A stretch of DNA of 64,000 nucleotides from an uncultured Actinomycetes bacterium (GCA_963719935.1 CAVRDY010000007.1:16335-80334), one strand, 5' to 3'; shown: positions 28,251 through 36,978, numbered from the stretch's first letter. A program made the numbers and translations. The notes: generated from the letters alone by a model not told the origin.

Positions 28251-28264
28251 TGAAACGCGTTCCA
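28251..28264. promoter_or_regulatory. Candidate TetR-type (KstR-like) operator upstream of the ACAD-nitroreductase-thiolase-ligase operon
   Basis: TGAAACGCGTTCCA fits TnnAACnnGTTnnA with the palindromic core AACGCGTT. It lies 77 nt upstream of the ACAD start codon (28174). Confidence 0.35.
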
Positions 28265-28322
28265 GTGTGCACGCCAGCAGTCTGGCTCATCTCCCGGGGT
28301 CGCCGCGCCGGGTGCTCTGCGG

Positions 28323-28370
28323 TTTTCGGGGAGCTTTGTTGCTCACACGAACCACAAAGCTCCCCGAAAA
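28323..28370. terminator. Strong hairpin (17-bp perfect stem, 14-nt loop) downstream of the flavodoxin-like gene
   Basis: TTTTCGGGGAGCTTTGT (28323-28339) pairs perfectly with ACAAAGCTCCCCGAAAA (28354-28370). The stem has T-run/A-run ends, so it could terminate in either direction. Confidence 0.5.
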
Positions 28371-28463
28371 GGTCACCGGGTCAGGTCGACCGGGGCCGGG
28401 GTGTCTAGCTCTAGCGACGGGCTGGGGGCGGGGGCGAAGGCGGGCTCGGACGCGAGTCACCCG

Positions 28464-29054
28464 TCACTGAGCCGGCTCACCGGTGGTGCTCGCCGCGCGC
28501 TGGTCGGTGTCTTCGAGGCGGGCGGCCAAGGCCTCGCCCCACTGGCGGGCCCGGTCCAGTTCTCCGGCGATCAACGGGCCGTCCATGTCCTCCACCAGGA
28601 AGCTCTCGGGCTCGACCAGCAGGTCGAAGCCATGGTGGCGCAGGCGGTGGGCGATCCCTCGGGCGGCCGACCCGGTGAGCGCAGTCGGGCCGTGGGTTCG
28701 GGTGTCGAAGGAGGCTCCGGGCCGGTCCACAACCTTGGGCAGGTGGTGGAACCAGGTGCGCAGACCCTCGCCGGTGGCGTGCTCGTCGAGGTGCTCGTCC
28801 AGGGGTTCCTCAGCGGCGGCGGCCCGCGCCCGGGCCTCGTCCACCGAGGTCTGCCGGGTGGTGGACCACGACATGCCATGGACATGGGTCGGGCCCCCGA
28901 CCACGACGGCGTCGGCCTCGACCACGCGGGTGGCCACCGCTTCCTCCACGGCGCACACCTCCACCGTGTGGGTTCCCGCCAGACCTTGGGCGACGGCGTC
29001 GGCCACGGCGTGGGTGTTGCCGAACATGGACTCGTAGACGACCAGAACCTGCAT
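28464..29054 (-). CDS. Flavodoxin-like domain protein
   Basis: 196 aa. MQVLVVYESMFGNTHAVADAVAQGL...ADAVVVGGPTH is the classic flavodoxin-like N-terminus. Confidence 0.75.
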   Translation of the reverse strand: MQVLVVYESMFGNTHAVADAVAQGLAGTHTVEVCAVEEAVATRVVEADAVVVGGPTHVHGMSWSTTRQTSVDEARARAAAAEEPLDEHLDEHATGEGLRTWFHHLPKVVDRPGASFDTRTHGPTALTGSAARGIAHRLRHHGFDLLVEPESFLVEDMDGPLIAGELDRARQWGEALAARLEDTDQRAASTTGEPAQ

Positions 29055-29173
29055 GGCGGTACCTCCGTTCAGCTACTGACACCGTCTCTTGTCCGGTGGC
29101 CCGGCGAACAGGGGCGCAAGTCACCTCACCACCGGGATTCGTCCCCCCGGGCCCCGGCCGGTAGAAACGGGGG

Positions 29174-30109
29174 ATGACCGACGGCGACTTCGCCCGTGAC
29201 ACCGACGTGGTGGCCGACCCGCTGCAGCCCGGGCGCTGGCGCGCCGACCTGCCCGAGGCGTGGAAGGTGTTCTACGCCTTCGGCGGGGCCACCATGGCCA
29301 CGGCACTGCGGGCCGCCACCCGTGCCCTGGACCGCCCCGACCTGCACCCGGTGCTGGCCACGGCCGTGTTCATCTCGCCCGTGCCGTGCGGTCCGTTGGT
29401 GGTGGACACCACGGTGCTGCGCTCGGGGCGCTCTGCCGCCCAGGTCACAGCGGCACTGTCGGCGTCCCCGGCCCCGGATTCTGGGGACTCGCCGGAAGCC
29501 GCACCACCCGCCCCCGGCGTTCACCTCACAGCCGTGTTCGGTGCTGACCACGAGACCGGGGTGTCCTTCGTGGACGCCGAGTACCCCGATGACGCCATCC
29601 CGGTGGACCAGGCCGAGGCACCCCCACCCATGCCCGAGGACTCGCCGTTCGCCGACATCAACTACCACCGTCAGACCGACTGGCGTCCCGCCCAGCGCGG
29701 CATGGCCTTCCGCACCAGCGAAGACTGGATCCCCGGTCCGGCGCGGTCGCTGTCCTGGCATCGCCTGGTGCGCGAACCTCGCCTGGCCGACGGCACCGTG
29801 GACCCCTTGGCCCTGTGCATGGCGGCCGACATCCTGAGTCCTGCCATCTTCAGCCGGCTCGGCCCGCTCGGGCCCGACAACCCGCCCTTCCTGGTGCTGT
29901 CCCTGGAGATCACCGTCCAGTTCGTGGCGCCCACCACCTCGGCGTGGCTCCTCCAGCACACCCGGGTGCCCGTGGCCGGCGACGGCTACGCCTACAGCCA
30001 GGTGGAGCTGTGGGATGTCGACCGCCGCCTGGTGGCCCTGGCCTCCCAGCGAGGTCACATCCGGCCGGTGTCACTAGAGCGCTTCGCCGCTCCTGACGGC
30101 ACGGCCTGA
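29174..30109 (+). CDS. Acyl-CoA thioesterase (double hotdog, TesB-like family)
   Basis: 311 aa. FGGATMATALRAA...RSGRSAAQV in the first half and LSLEITVQFVAP...GYAYSQVELWD in the second half are typical of thioesterase II-like proteins. Confidence 0.7.
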   Translation: MTDGDFARDTDVVADPLQPGRWRADLPEAWKVFYAFGGATMATALRAATRALDRPDLHPVLATAVFISPVPCGPLVVDTTVLRSGRSAAQVTAALSASPAPDSGDSPEAAPPAPGVHLTAVFGADHETGVSFVDAEYPDDAIPVDQAEAPPPMPEDSPFADINYHRQTDWRPAQRGMAFRTSEDWIPGPARSLSWHRLVREPRLADGTVDPLALCMAADILSPAIFSRLGPLGPDNPPFLVLSLEITVQFVAPTTSAWLLQHTRVPVAGDGYAYSQVELWDVDRRLVALASQRGHIRPVSLERFAAPDGTA

Positions 30110-30300
30110 GGAAGGCCCCGGGGGTACGGCCTGAGGAAGGCCCCGGGGGTACGGCCTGAGGAAGGCCCCGGGGGTACGGCCTGAGGAAGGCCCCGGGGGT
30201 ACGGCCTGAGGAAGGCCCCGGGGGTACGGCCTGAGGAAGGCCCCGGGGGTACGGCCTGAGGAAGGCCCCGGGGGTACGGCCTGAGGAAGGCCCCGGGGCA
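30101..30300. repeat. Perfect tandem repeat, 25 bp x 8 (ACGGCCTGAGGAAGGCCCCGGGGGT)
   Basis: Direct reading: eight head-to-tail copies, with only the last 2 nt of copy 8 differing. The first copy contains the thioesterase stop codon (30107-30109). Confidence 0.95.
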
Positions 30301-30342
30301 AAGCGTGTGACCGTTGGGGGCGGTGACCGCTAGAACGAGGCC

Positions 30343-32301
30343 ATGCGCACGGCCTGTCCCCTCGATTGCCCCGACACCTGCTCGCTGGAAGTCGAGGTGG
30401 CCGACGGTCGGCTGGTGTCGGTGGGTGCCGCCCCGGCCGGTCCGGACACCAATCCCATGACCCAGGGGTGGATCTGTGCCAAGGTGCGCCGCCACGCCGA
30501 ACGGGTCCATGGGCCCGACCGGGTGCTGACCCCGCTGGTGCGCACCGGCGAAAAAGGTGAGGGTCGCTTCTCTGAGGTGTCCTGGGACGAAGCCACAGAC
30601 CGGGTCGCCGAATCCTGTCGCCAGGCCCTGGATCGTCACGGTCCAGCGGCCCTGGTGCCGTACCTGTACAACTCCTCCGCCGGCGTGTTGGCCGCCAGCG
30701 CCCTGGCACCGCTGTTGTGGAGGGCCCTGGGTGCCACCCACGTGCCCCACACCCTGTGCGCCGCGCCCTCCAGCGAGGCCCGGCGCCTGGTGATGGGAAG
30801 GCTGCCCAGCGCAGACCCCCGAGCGGTACTGGACGCTTCCCTCGTAGTGGTCTGGGGTGCCAACCCCTCTGTGTCCAACACCCACTGGCAGTCCCTGGTG
30901 GCCCAGGCCCAGCGCCGCGGTGCTCGCCTCGTGGTCGTCGATCCCCGGCGCATCCCCCTGGCCGCCCGGGCCGACGTGCACCTGGCCCTGCGTCCGGGAA
31001 CCGACGTGGTCGCCGCCCTGGCCCTGGCCCACCGCCTGGCCGAGCTGGGCGGCATCGACGAGGCCTTCGTGGCCGACCACGTGGAAGGGGCCACCGAGCA
31101 CCTGGCGGCTGCGGCGGCATGGCCACTGGACCGGGCTGCGGACACCTGCGGGGTGGAAGCCAGCGACCTCGATGCCGTGGCGGGACTCCTGGCCGAGGTG
31201 CGTCCCGCCTTCTTCCGGCCCGGCTGGGGGATGGAGCGCAACACCAACGGCGGTTCGGCCTGGCGGGCCGTGCTCGGTCTGGCTGCCCTCACCGGCAACA
31301 TCGGCAGGTCCGGAGCGGGCCTGTACTGGAGCACGTCCCGGGCCTTCGGCTGGGACGAAGACGCGCTGGCCACGTCGGTGATGGGGCAGTCCCCGCCCCC
31401 TCCGGCACGGGTTCTGGCCCAGCACCGCCTGGCCGATTGGCTCGGTGATCCCGACCTGTCCCCGCCCGTGGCAGTCCTGTTCGTGCAGGGGGCCAACCCT
31501 GCGGTCATGTGCCCCGACCAGTCCCGGGTACTGGCCGGACTGGCCCGCCCCGACGTCTTCTGCGTGGTCCACGACCAGGTGCTCACCGACACGGCCCGTT
31601 TCGCCGACGTGGTCCTGCCCGCCACCACCCACTTCGAAGCGGCCGACGTCACCTCGTCCTATGGGAGCTTCGGGAGCGAGGTCATGCCCCCGGTGATCCC
31701 TCGGGTGGGGGAGAGTCGTACCAACGACGAGGTGGCAGTAGCCCTGGCAGCCCGGTTGGGCCTCTCGGGCTTCGACGCTGACCCGGCCGCGCTGGCGCAG
31801 GCCGGCGGCCGGGCCGAGTTGGCCCAGGCTCTGGGGGGCGGGCACCACGGCTGGCGGCCTGTGGATCCCGGTCCCCAGGAACCCCGCACGCGCATCCGCC
31901 TGGCTGTCGACGAGGCGGGCGTCGACCCCGTGGCCACCTACCGGGAGCCGCCCGTGTCCCACCCGCTGTCGCTCCTGTCACCGGCGGGACCACGCGCCAT
32001 CAACTCGGTCTTCGGCGAGCGGGCCCGTACCCAGGTGCTGTCCCTGCACCCCGACGACGCGTCCGACCGCAGCATCGGTGAGGGCCAGTTGGTGCGCGTG
32101 TGGAACGACCGGGGCAGCGTCCTGGCCACGGCCCACCTCGATTCGGCCCTGCGTCCCGGGGTGGTGGCCATCACGAAGGGCGCCTGGCTGCGGGCTGCTC
32201 CCGGCGGGACGGTCAACATGTTGACGCCCACAACCGAAGCCGACCTGGGCGGCGGGGCCTGCTTCCACGACGCCCGGGTCGAGGTGACCGCCGTTCCCTG
32301 A
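30343..32301 (+). CDS. Molybdopterin (bis-MGD) oxidoreductase family protein
   Basis: 652 aa. The N-terminal 4Fe-4S motif is CPLDCPDTCSLEV (C-x2-C-x3-C). Molybdopterin-binding and C-terminal beta-barrel regions (LSLHPDDA...GQLVRVWNDRGS) are present. Confidence 0.9.
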   Translation: MRTACPLDCPDTCSLEVEVADGRLVSVGAAPAGPDTNPMTQGWICAKVRRHAERVHGPDRVLTPLVRTGEKGEGRFSEVSWDEATDRVAESCRQALDRHGPAALVPYLYNSSAGVLAASALAPLLWRALGATHVPHTLCAAPSSEARRLVMGRLPSADPRAVLDASLVVVWGANPSVSNTHWQSLVAQAQRRGARLVVVDPRRIPLAARADVHLALRPGTDVVAALALAHRLAELGGIDEAFVADHVEGATEHLAAAAAWPLDRAADTCGVEASDLDAVAGLLAEVRPAFFRPGWGMERNTNGGSAWRAVLGLAALTGNIGRSGAGLYWSTSRAFGWDEDALATSVMGQSPPPPARVLAQHRLADWLGDPDLSPPVAVLFVQGANPAVMCPDQSRVLAGLARPDVFCVVHDQVLTDTARFADVVLPATTHFEAADVTSSYGSFGSEVMPPVIPRVGESRTNDEVAVALAARLGLSGFDADPAALAQAGGRAELAQALGGGHHGWRPVDPGPQEPRTRIRLAVDEAGVDPVATYREPPVSHPLSLLSPAGPRAINSVFGERARTQVLSLHPDDASDRSIGEGQLVRVWNDRGSVLATAHLDSALRPGVVAITKGAWLRAAPGGTVNMLTPTTEADLGGGACFHDARVEVTAVP

Positions 32302-32353
32302 CTCGGCCTTCTGGCTCGGCCTTCTCGCTCGGCCTCCTGGCTCGGGCCGTCCG
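32302..32353. repeat. Imperfect tandem repeat, 13 bp x 4 (CTCGGCCTTCTGG)
   Basis: ctcggccttctgg / ctcggccttctcg / ctcggcctcctgg / ctcgggccgtccg, starting immediately after the oxidoreductase stop codon. Confidence 0.6.
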
Positions 32354-32396
32354 CGCCGGTTGGGTGACGGCACGCCGCGATGGGCATGATCCCCGC

Positions 32397-33200
32397 ATGG
32401 ACTTCGCCACGATGATGGCCCTCGAACCCCACGGCCCCGACACCTGGATCGGGGTCGGACCCAGCTATCCGTGGGGCGGTCTCTACGGTGGTCAGATCGT
32501 GGCCCAGGCCCTGCGGGCCGCCTCCCACACCGTGGGCGCCGAGTACCGGGTGCACTCCCTGCACGCCTACTTCATCCGGCTGGGCGATGCCACCGAACCC
32601 ATCCGCTTCGAGGTGGACCGCGTTCGCAACGGGCGCACCTTCGCCACCCGCCGGGTGGTGGCCCGCCAGGCGGTGGGGGCCATATTGACCCTGGCCGCCT
32701 CCTTCCAGACCCACGAGGACGCTCCCGACGTCCAGACCGCCTCCCTGCGCGAGATCCCCGGACCCGACGACCTGCCTTCCGAATCCTGGAGCCCGGTGTT
32801 CGACCGCCGCTTCGTACCCACCGAAGCCCTGCCGGGCCGGGCCACCGGGTGGTTGCGCATGCTCGGCGCCGTGGGTGAGGACCCGGTTCTGCACGCGTGC
32901 GCCTTGGCGTTCCTCTCCGACGACCTGCCCACCGACGCGGCTGTCGCCCAGCACCCGGACCGGGCCCGCCAGCGTGCGGAAGGAGGGCCGGGGTTCTGGA
33001 GCGCCAGCCTCGACCACGCCATCTGGTTCCACCGTGACCTGGCCGCCGACGACTGGCACGTCCACGACTTCACCTGCCACGGGTTGTTGAGCTCGAGGGG
33101 ACTGTCCATCGGCGAGGTGTTCACCGCCGGGGGCGTGCACGTCGCCACCGTCACCCAGGAGGTGCTGCTGCGTCCCCGCCGTCCTGGTCAGCCCGGCTGA
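32397..33200 (+). CDS. tesB: Acyl-CoA thioesterase II
   Basis: In-frame ATG at 32397. MDFATMMALEPHGPDTWIGV...GGLYGGQIVAQAL...VHSLHAYFIRLGD...PIRFEVDRVRNGRTFATRRV is the TesB signature. Confidence 0.85.
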   Translation: MDFATMMALEPHGPDTWIGVGPSYPWGGLYGGQIVAQALRAASHTVGAEYRVHSLHAYFIRLGDATEPIRFEVDRVRNGRTFATRRVVARQAVGAILTLAASFQTHEDAPDVQTASLREIPGPDDLPSESWSPVFDRRFVPTEALPGRATGWLRMLGAVGEDPVLHACALAFLSDDLPTDAAVAQHPDRARQRAEGGPGFWSASLDHAIWFHRDLAADDWHVHDFTCHGLLSSRGLSIGEVFTAGGVHVATVTQEVLLRPRRPGQPG

Positions 33201-34387
33201 CCCGTGTCCGCCAGGTCTGCGTCGACCGGCTGCGCTGGTTCGGGCGGGCCCGGTCCATCACCCGGTCCTTCAGGAGGGCCCGTGGCCAAGAACTCAACTC
33301 CGAGGCCCCCGGTGCGGGTACGGGCCATGCGGGTGAGGGGCAGTCCGGTGTGGTCGGCCAGGCGCCGGTCGGCGCACAACAGGATCACACCCCAGCCCGC
33401 CAGACGGCTGCGGACCACGTCCCCGAATCGGGCGTAGAGGTTGCGTAGATCCCCACCTCCCACTCGCGTCCCGAAGGGTGGGTTGGTGACCACCCAACCC
33501 ACCCCGCCCGGCGACTCCAGCGCCGACACGGCAGCCTGTTCGAAGCGCACGTCGCCGGCCACCTGAGCGCGGCCGGCGTTGCCGGTGGCCGCCGCCACAG
33601 CTCCAGCGTCGCGGTCGGCGCCCACGAGGGCCACACCTGCGGTGGCCCGTGCCCGGCTCCGGGCCTCACCGGTGACCGAGGCCCAGGTGCCGGGCTCGAA
33701 TCCGGGGGTTCGGCAGACGGCGTGGTGGCGTCCCTCGGCGGGGGGCAGGGACCGCGCCAGGCGGGCCGCCTCGATCACGACGGTCCCCGACCCGCAGAAG
33801 GGGTCGACCAGCGGCATCGTCCCGTCCCATCCCACCGCCACGAGCAGGGCCGCGGCCAGGGTGGGCCGCAGGGGTGCCTTGGCAGTGGCCAGCCGCCAGC
33901 CGCGCCGGTGCAGGGGTGAGCCGGACGTGTCGATGCTCACCGAGACCCGGTCGCGCGCGATCCGGACCACGACACCGACGTCCTCGTGACCGGTGGCGCC
34001 CGTTGCGGGGTCGGCGGGATCCGCAGCCGGGCAGCCGGTCACCCGGTGCACCCGTTCGGCCACCGCGCCCGTGTGGTAGAGGGTCGAGGACCGGCTGGAG
34101 GCCCGGACCCGTATCGCCGAACCGCGGCGTAGCCAGGGATCCCACTCGAGGTCGGCCAGGCGCCGTTCCAGCGACGAGAACGTGGTGGCCCCGAAGGACC
34201 CCAGGCGCACCTCGACGGCCTCAGCGGTGCGCAGCCAAAGGTTGGCCGAGTACAGCTGGCGGGTCGACGCCGAGAACGGAACGAACCCTCGCGCTCCCGG
34301 GCCGGGTCGCAGGCCCAGGGCGCGCAGCTCGGTGACCAGGATCGACTCCAGGCCCGGGCTGCAGGTGGCGGCACAGTCGTGGGACAA
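33188..34387 (-). CDS. THUMP-domain class I SAM-dependent RNA methyltransferase (UPF0020/RlmL-like)
   Basis: ORF 33188..34507. The likely TTG start at 34387 gives MSHDCAATCSPGLESILVTEL... LRPTLAAALL...DPFCGSGTVVIEAA and NPPFG motifs are present. Confidence 0.8.
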   Translation of the reverse strand: MSHDCAATCSPGLESILVTELRALGLRPGPGARGFVPFSASTRQLYSANLWLRTAEAVEVRLGSFGATTFSSLERRLADLEWDPWLRRGSAIRVRASSRSSTLYHTGAVAERVHRVTGCPAADPADPATGATGHEDVGVVVRIARDRVSVSIDTSGSPLHRRGWRLATAKAPLRPTLAAALLVAVGWDGTMPLVDPFCGSGTVVIEAARLARSLPPAEGRHHAVCRTPGFEPGTWASVTGEARSRARATAGVALVGADRDAGAVAAATGNAGRAQVAGDVRFEQAAVSALESPGGVGWVVTNPPFGTRVGGGDLRNLYARFGDVVRSRLAGWGVILLCADRRLADHTGLPLTRMARTRTGGLGVEFLATGPPEGPGDGPGPPEPAQPVDADLADTGQPG

Positions 34388-34469
34388 GGTCGCGGACCCT
34401 ATCGGGCTCCGGCACGACGGCCCCACGCTGGATCCGCCCGACGGCGACGTCGGGTGCGACGATGGGGCG

Positions 34470-36002
34470 ATGGGCACCCCCGAATCGGTCCTGGTGATCG
34501 GCGCCACCGGCTACATCGGCCGGCGGCTCGTGCACGACCTCGTCGAGGGCGGTCACCGGGTCCGTTGCCTGGCCCGCAACCCGGCCAAGCTGGCAGGTGA
34601 GCCCTGGGCCGAAGTCGTCGAGGTCGTGGCAGGCGATGTCACCGCCCCCGACTCACTGCCGGGAACCTTCGCCGGGATGGATGCCGTCTACTACCTCGTC
34701 CACTCCATCGGTGGGGCGGGCGACTGGGAGGCCCGTGACCGCCGGGCGGCCACCAACGTGGCCCGGGCCGCCGAATCCGCCGGCCTGTCCCAGATCATCT
34801 ACCTGGGCGGGCTCGGGGATGCCACGTCGGGCACCCTCTCATCGCACCTGCGAAGCCGTCACGAGGTCGGCGAACAGCTCGCGTCCGGGCCGGTCCCGGT
34901 CACCGAGCTTCGGGCCGCGGTCGTGATCGGCAGCGGCAGCGCGTCCTTCGAGATGCTGCGCCACCTGACCGAGGTGCTGCCCGTCATGGTGACTCCGCGC
35001 TGGGTGGAGACCCGGTGCCAACCCATCGCGGTGCGCGACGTGTTGGTCTACCTGGTCGGCGTGTTGGGTAGACCCGGGGCGTTGGGTCGGGTGTTCGAGA
35101 TCGGCGGGGCCGACGTGGTCACCTACCGCCAGATGATGCAGGGCTACGCCGAGGTTGCCGGACTCCGCCGCCGGGTGATCCTTCCCGTTCCGGTGCTGTC
35201 ACCGTCGCTGTCCTCGCGCTGGATCGGGCTGGTGACACCGCTACCCACCGATCTGGCCCGTCCTCTGGTCGACAGCCTCGTCAACGAGGTCGTGGTCCAC
35301 GACCACGCCATCGACGCCGTGGTCCCCCACGAGCCGCTCGGCTACCGCGAAGCGTTGGCCGCGTCCTTGCGGCGGATCGATGATCTGGACGTGGTCACGA
35401 CCTGGGCCGATGCCGAGCTGTTCGGGCGCAGCCCCGCCGATCCGATGCCGACTGACCCCCACTGGGCCGGGGGCACGGTGCTGGAGGACCACCAGGTGCG
35501 CCGTGCCGCCGCAACGCCTGAGGCGGTGTTCGCCGTGGTGCGGGGCATCGGCGGTGACCGAGGGTGGCTGGTGGGCGGGTGGATGTGGCGGCTGCGAGGC
35601 CTGGTTGACCAGCTGGTGGGAGGTATCGGCATGCGCCGGGGCCGCCGCCATCCCGACAAGCTGCGCGTGGGAGACACAGTGGACTTCTGGCGGGTCGAGG
35701 CCCTCGAGGTCGACCACCTGTTGCGCCTGCGCGCCGAGATGCGTCTGCCCGGAGAGGCCTGGTTGGAGTGGCGGGTCGAACCCGCCCCCGAGGTCGGTCC
35801 GGGCACCGGACGTGTCGGCAGCGTGCTGAACCAGCGGGCGCGTTTCCACCCCCGGGGGCTGGTTGGTCGCGCCTACTGGTACGCGCTGGTGCCCTTCCAC
35901 GGACTCATCTTCGGTCCGCTGGCCACCGAGGTTGTGCGTCGGGCCGAGGAGGGGGCGACGAACGGATGTGCCGACGCTCCCGTGTCGGACGCTCCCGCTT
36001 AG
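34470..36002 (+). CDS. NAD(P)H-binding SDR-family protein with C-terminal DUF2867-like domain
   Basis: In-frame ATG at 34470. VLVIGATGYIGRRLVHDLVEGGHRVRCLARNP is a Rossmann GxxGxxG motif. The long C-terminal domain has WRVE...LRLRAEMRLPGEAWLEW, typical of DUF2867. Confidence 0.8.
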   Translation: MGTPESVLVIGATGYIGRRLVHDLVEGGHRVRCLARNPAKLAGEPWAEVVEVVAGDVTAPDSLPGTFAGMDAVYYLVHSIGGAGDWEARDRRAATNVARAAESAGLSQIIYLGGLGDATSGTLSSHLRSRHEVGEQLASGPVPVTELRAAVVIGSGSASFEMLRHLTEVLPVMVTPRWVETRCQPIAVRDVLVYLVGVLGRPGALGRVFEIGGADVVTYRQMMQGYAEVAGLRRRVILPVPVLSPSLSSRWIGLVTPLPTDLARPLVDSLVNEVVVHDHAIDAVVPHEPLGYREALAASLRRIDDLDVVTTWADAELFGRSPADPMPTDPHWAGGTVLEDHQVRRAAATPEAVFAVVRGIGGDRGWLVGGWMWRLRGLVDQLVGGIGMRRGRRHPDKLRVGDTVDFWRVEALEVDHLLRLRAEMRLPGEAWLEWRVEPAPEVGPGTGRVGSVLNQRARFHPRGLVGRAYWYALVPFHGLIFGPLATEVVRRAEEGATNGCADAPVSDAPA

Positions 36003-36049
36003 GTTTGCCCCGGACCGGTCGGGTGGTCTGGCCCACGCCCCGATCCGGC

Positions 36050-36850
36050 CTAGCGCTCCGAATCGGGCGGGCGACCCACCGAAACGTCTCCGACCCTGTC
36101 GAGATCGAGGCGCTCTCCGCTGGAGTTGCTCCTCTCCACGTCGGCCACCTGCTCCTGGATTGCGATCGTGTCGGGTCGCAGCTGGCATGCCAGGAACAAC
36201 TGCCCTTCCAGGGCCAGCCCTTCTTCCAGGGCCAGTTCGCGGCCTTCGAGCACGGCGCGCTTGGCGGCCACCACGGCATGGCGTGGCGGGCGGGTCAGGC
36301 GCTCGGCCCAGCCCAGTGCGGCGTCCAGGAAGCCTTCGTCTGGGAGCACTGCCTCGACCAGTCCGATGCGGGCCGCTTCCAGGGCGTCGACGATCCTCCC
36401 CGACAGGATCATCTCCGCAGCCCGACCCACCCCGACCAGGCGTGGAAGTCGTTGCGTTCCTCCGGCACCGGGGATGATCCCGACCAGCACCTCGGGCTGG
36501 CCGAAGTGGGCCGAGGCGGCCGCCACTCGCAGGGTGCAGGCGAGGGCCAGTTCGCAGCCCCCACCCCAGGCTTGACCGTTGACCGCCGCCACCACCGGCT
36601 GGGGCATCGTGGCCAGGCGCGCCATGGTGCGGGGCCAGGCACCGGGGTCTCCCACCGGTTGTCCCCGACCCAGTGCGGCCAGGTCGTCGAGGTCGGCGTG
36701 GGCTACGAAGTAGCCGGGGACCCCACCGGTGAGCACGAGAACGCTGATCGTCTCGTCGACAGCGACGGTCTCGACGATCTCACCCAACTCGGCCATGGCA
36801 GCCATGCTCATGAGGTTCATGGGTGGCCGGGTGAAGGTGGCCAGGGCCAC
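36050..36850 (-). CDS. Enoyl-CoA hydratase/isomerase (crotonase) family
   Basis: 266 aa. VLVLTGG...FVAHADL..., VAAVNGQAWGGGCELALACTLRVAA and GGTQRLPRLVG are canonical crotonase motifs. Confidence 0.85.
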   Translation of the reverse strand: MALATFTRPPMNLMSMAAMAELGEIVETVAVDETISVLVLTGGVPGYFVAHADLDDLAALGRGQPVGDPGAWPRTMARLATMPQPVVAAVNGQAWGGGCELALACTLRVAAASAHFGQPEVLVGIIPGAGGTQRLPRLVGVGRAAEMILSGRIVDALEAARIGLVEAVLPDEGFLDAALGWAERLTRPPRHAVVAAKRAVLEGRELALEEGLALEGQLFLACQLRPDTIAIQEQVADVERSNSSGERLDLDRVGDVSVGRPPDSER

Positions 36851-36877
36851 CCGGAATCGGGTGCTCCAGGGTCCAGT

Positions 36878-36978
36878 TCGTCATGGTCGCTCAACGCTCC
36901 GTGTCGTCATGGTCGCTCAACGCTCCGTGTCGTCATGGTCGCTCAACGCTCCGTGTCGTCATGGTCGCTCAACGCTCC
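36878..36978. repeat. Perfect tandem repeat, 26 bp x 3.9 (TCGTCATGGTCGCTCAACGCTCCGTG)
   Basis: Three full identical units (36878-36955) plus a 23-nt partial unit. That partial unit contains the stop codon and the last codons of the minus-strand phosphodiesterase gene. Confidence 0.9.

Noticed and set aside
30101-30300. Possible CRISPR array (regular 25-bp periodicity).
   Set aside because: The units are directly adjacent with no unique spacers, the period is far too short, and no cas genes are nearby. It is a simple tandem repeat.
34182-34469. Long N-terminal extension of the SDR/DUF2867 gene (ORF starts at 34182), and the N-terminal extension of the THUMP methyltransferase (to 34507).
   Set aside because: The two extensions overlap each other on opposite strands and are low-complexity. 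Internal starts (ATG 34470, TTG 34387) give N-termini typical of the families and a sensible 82-nt divergent intergenic region.
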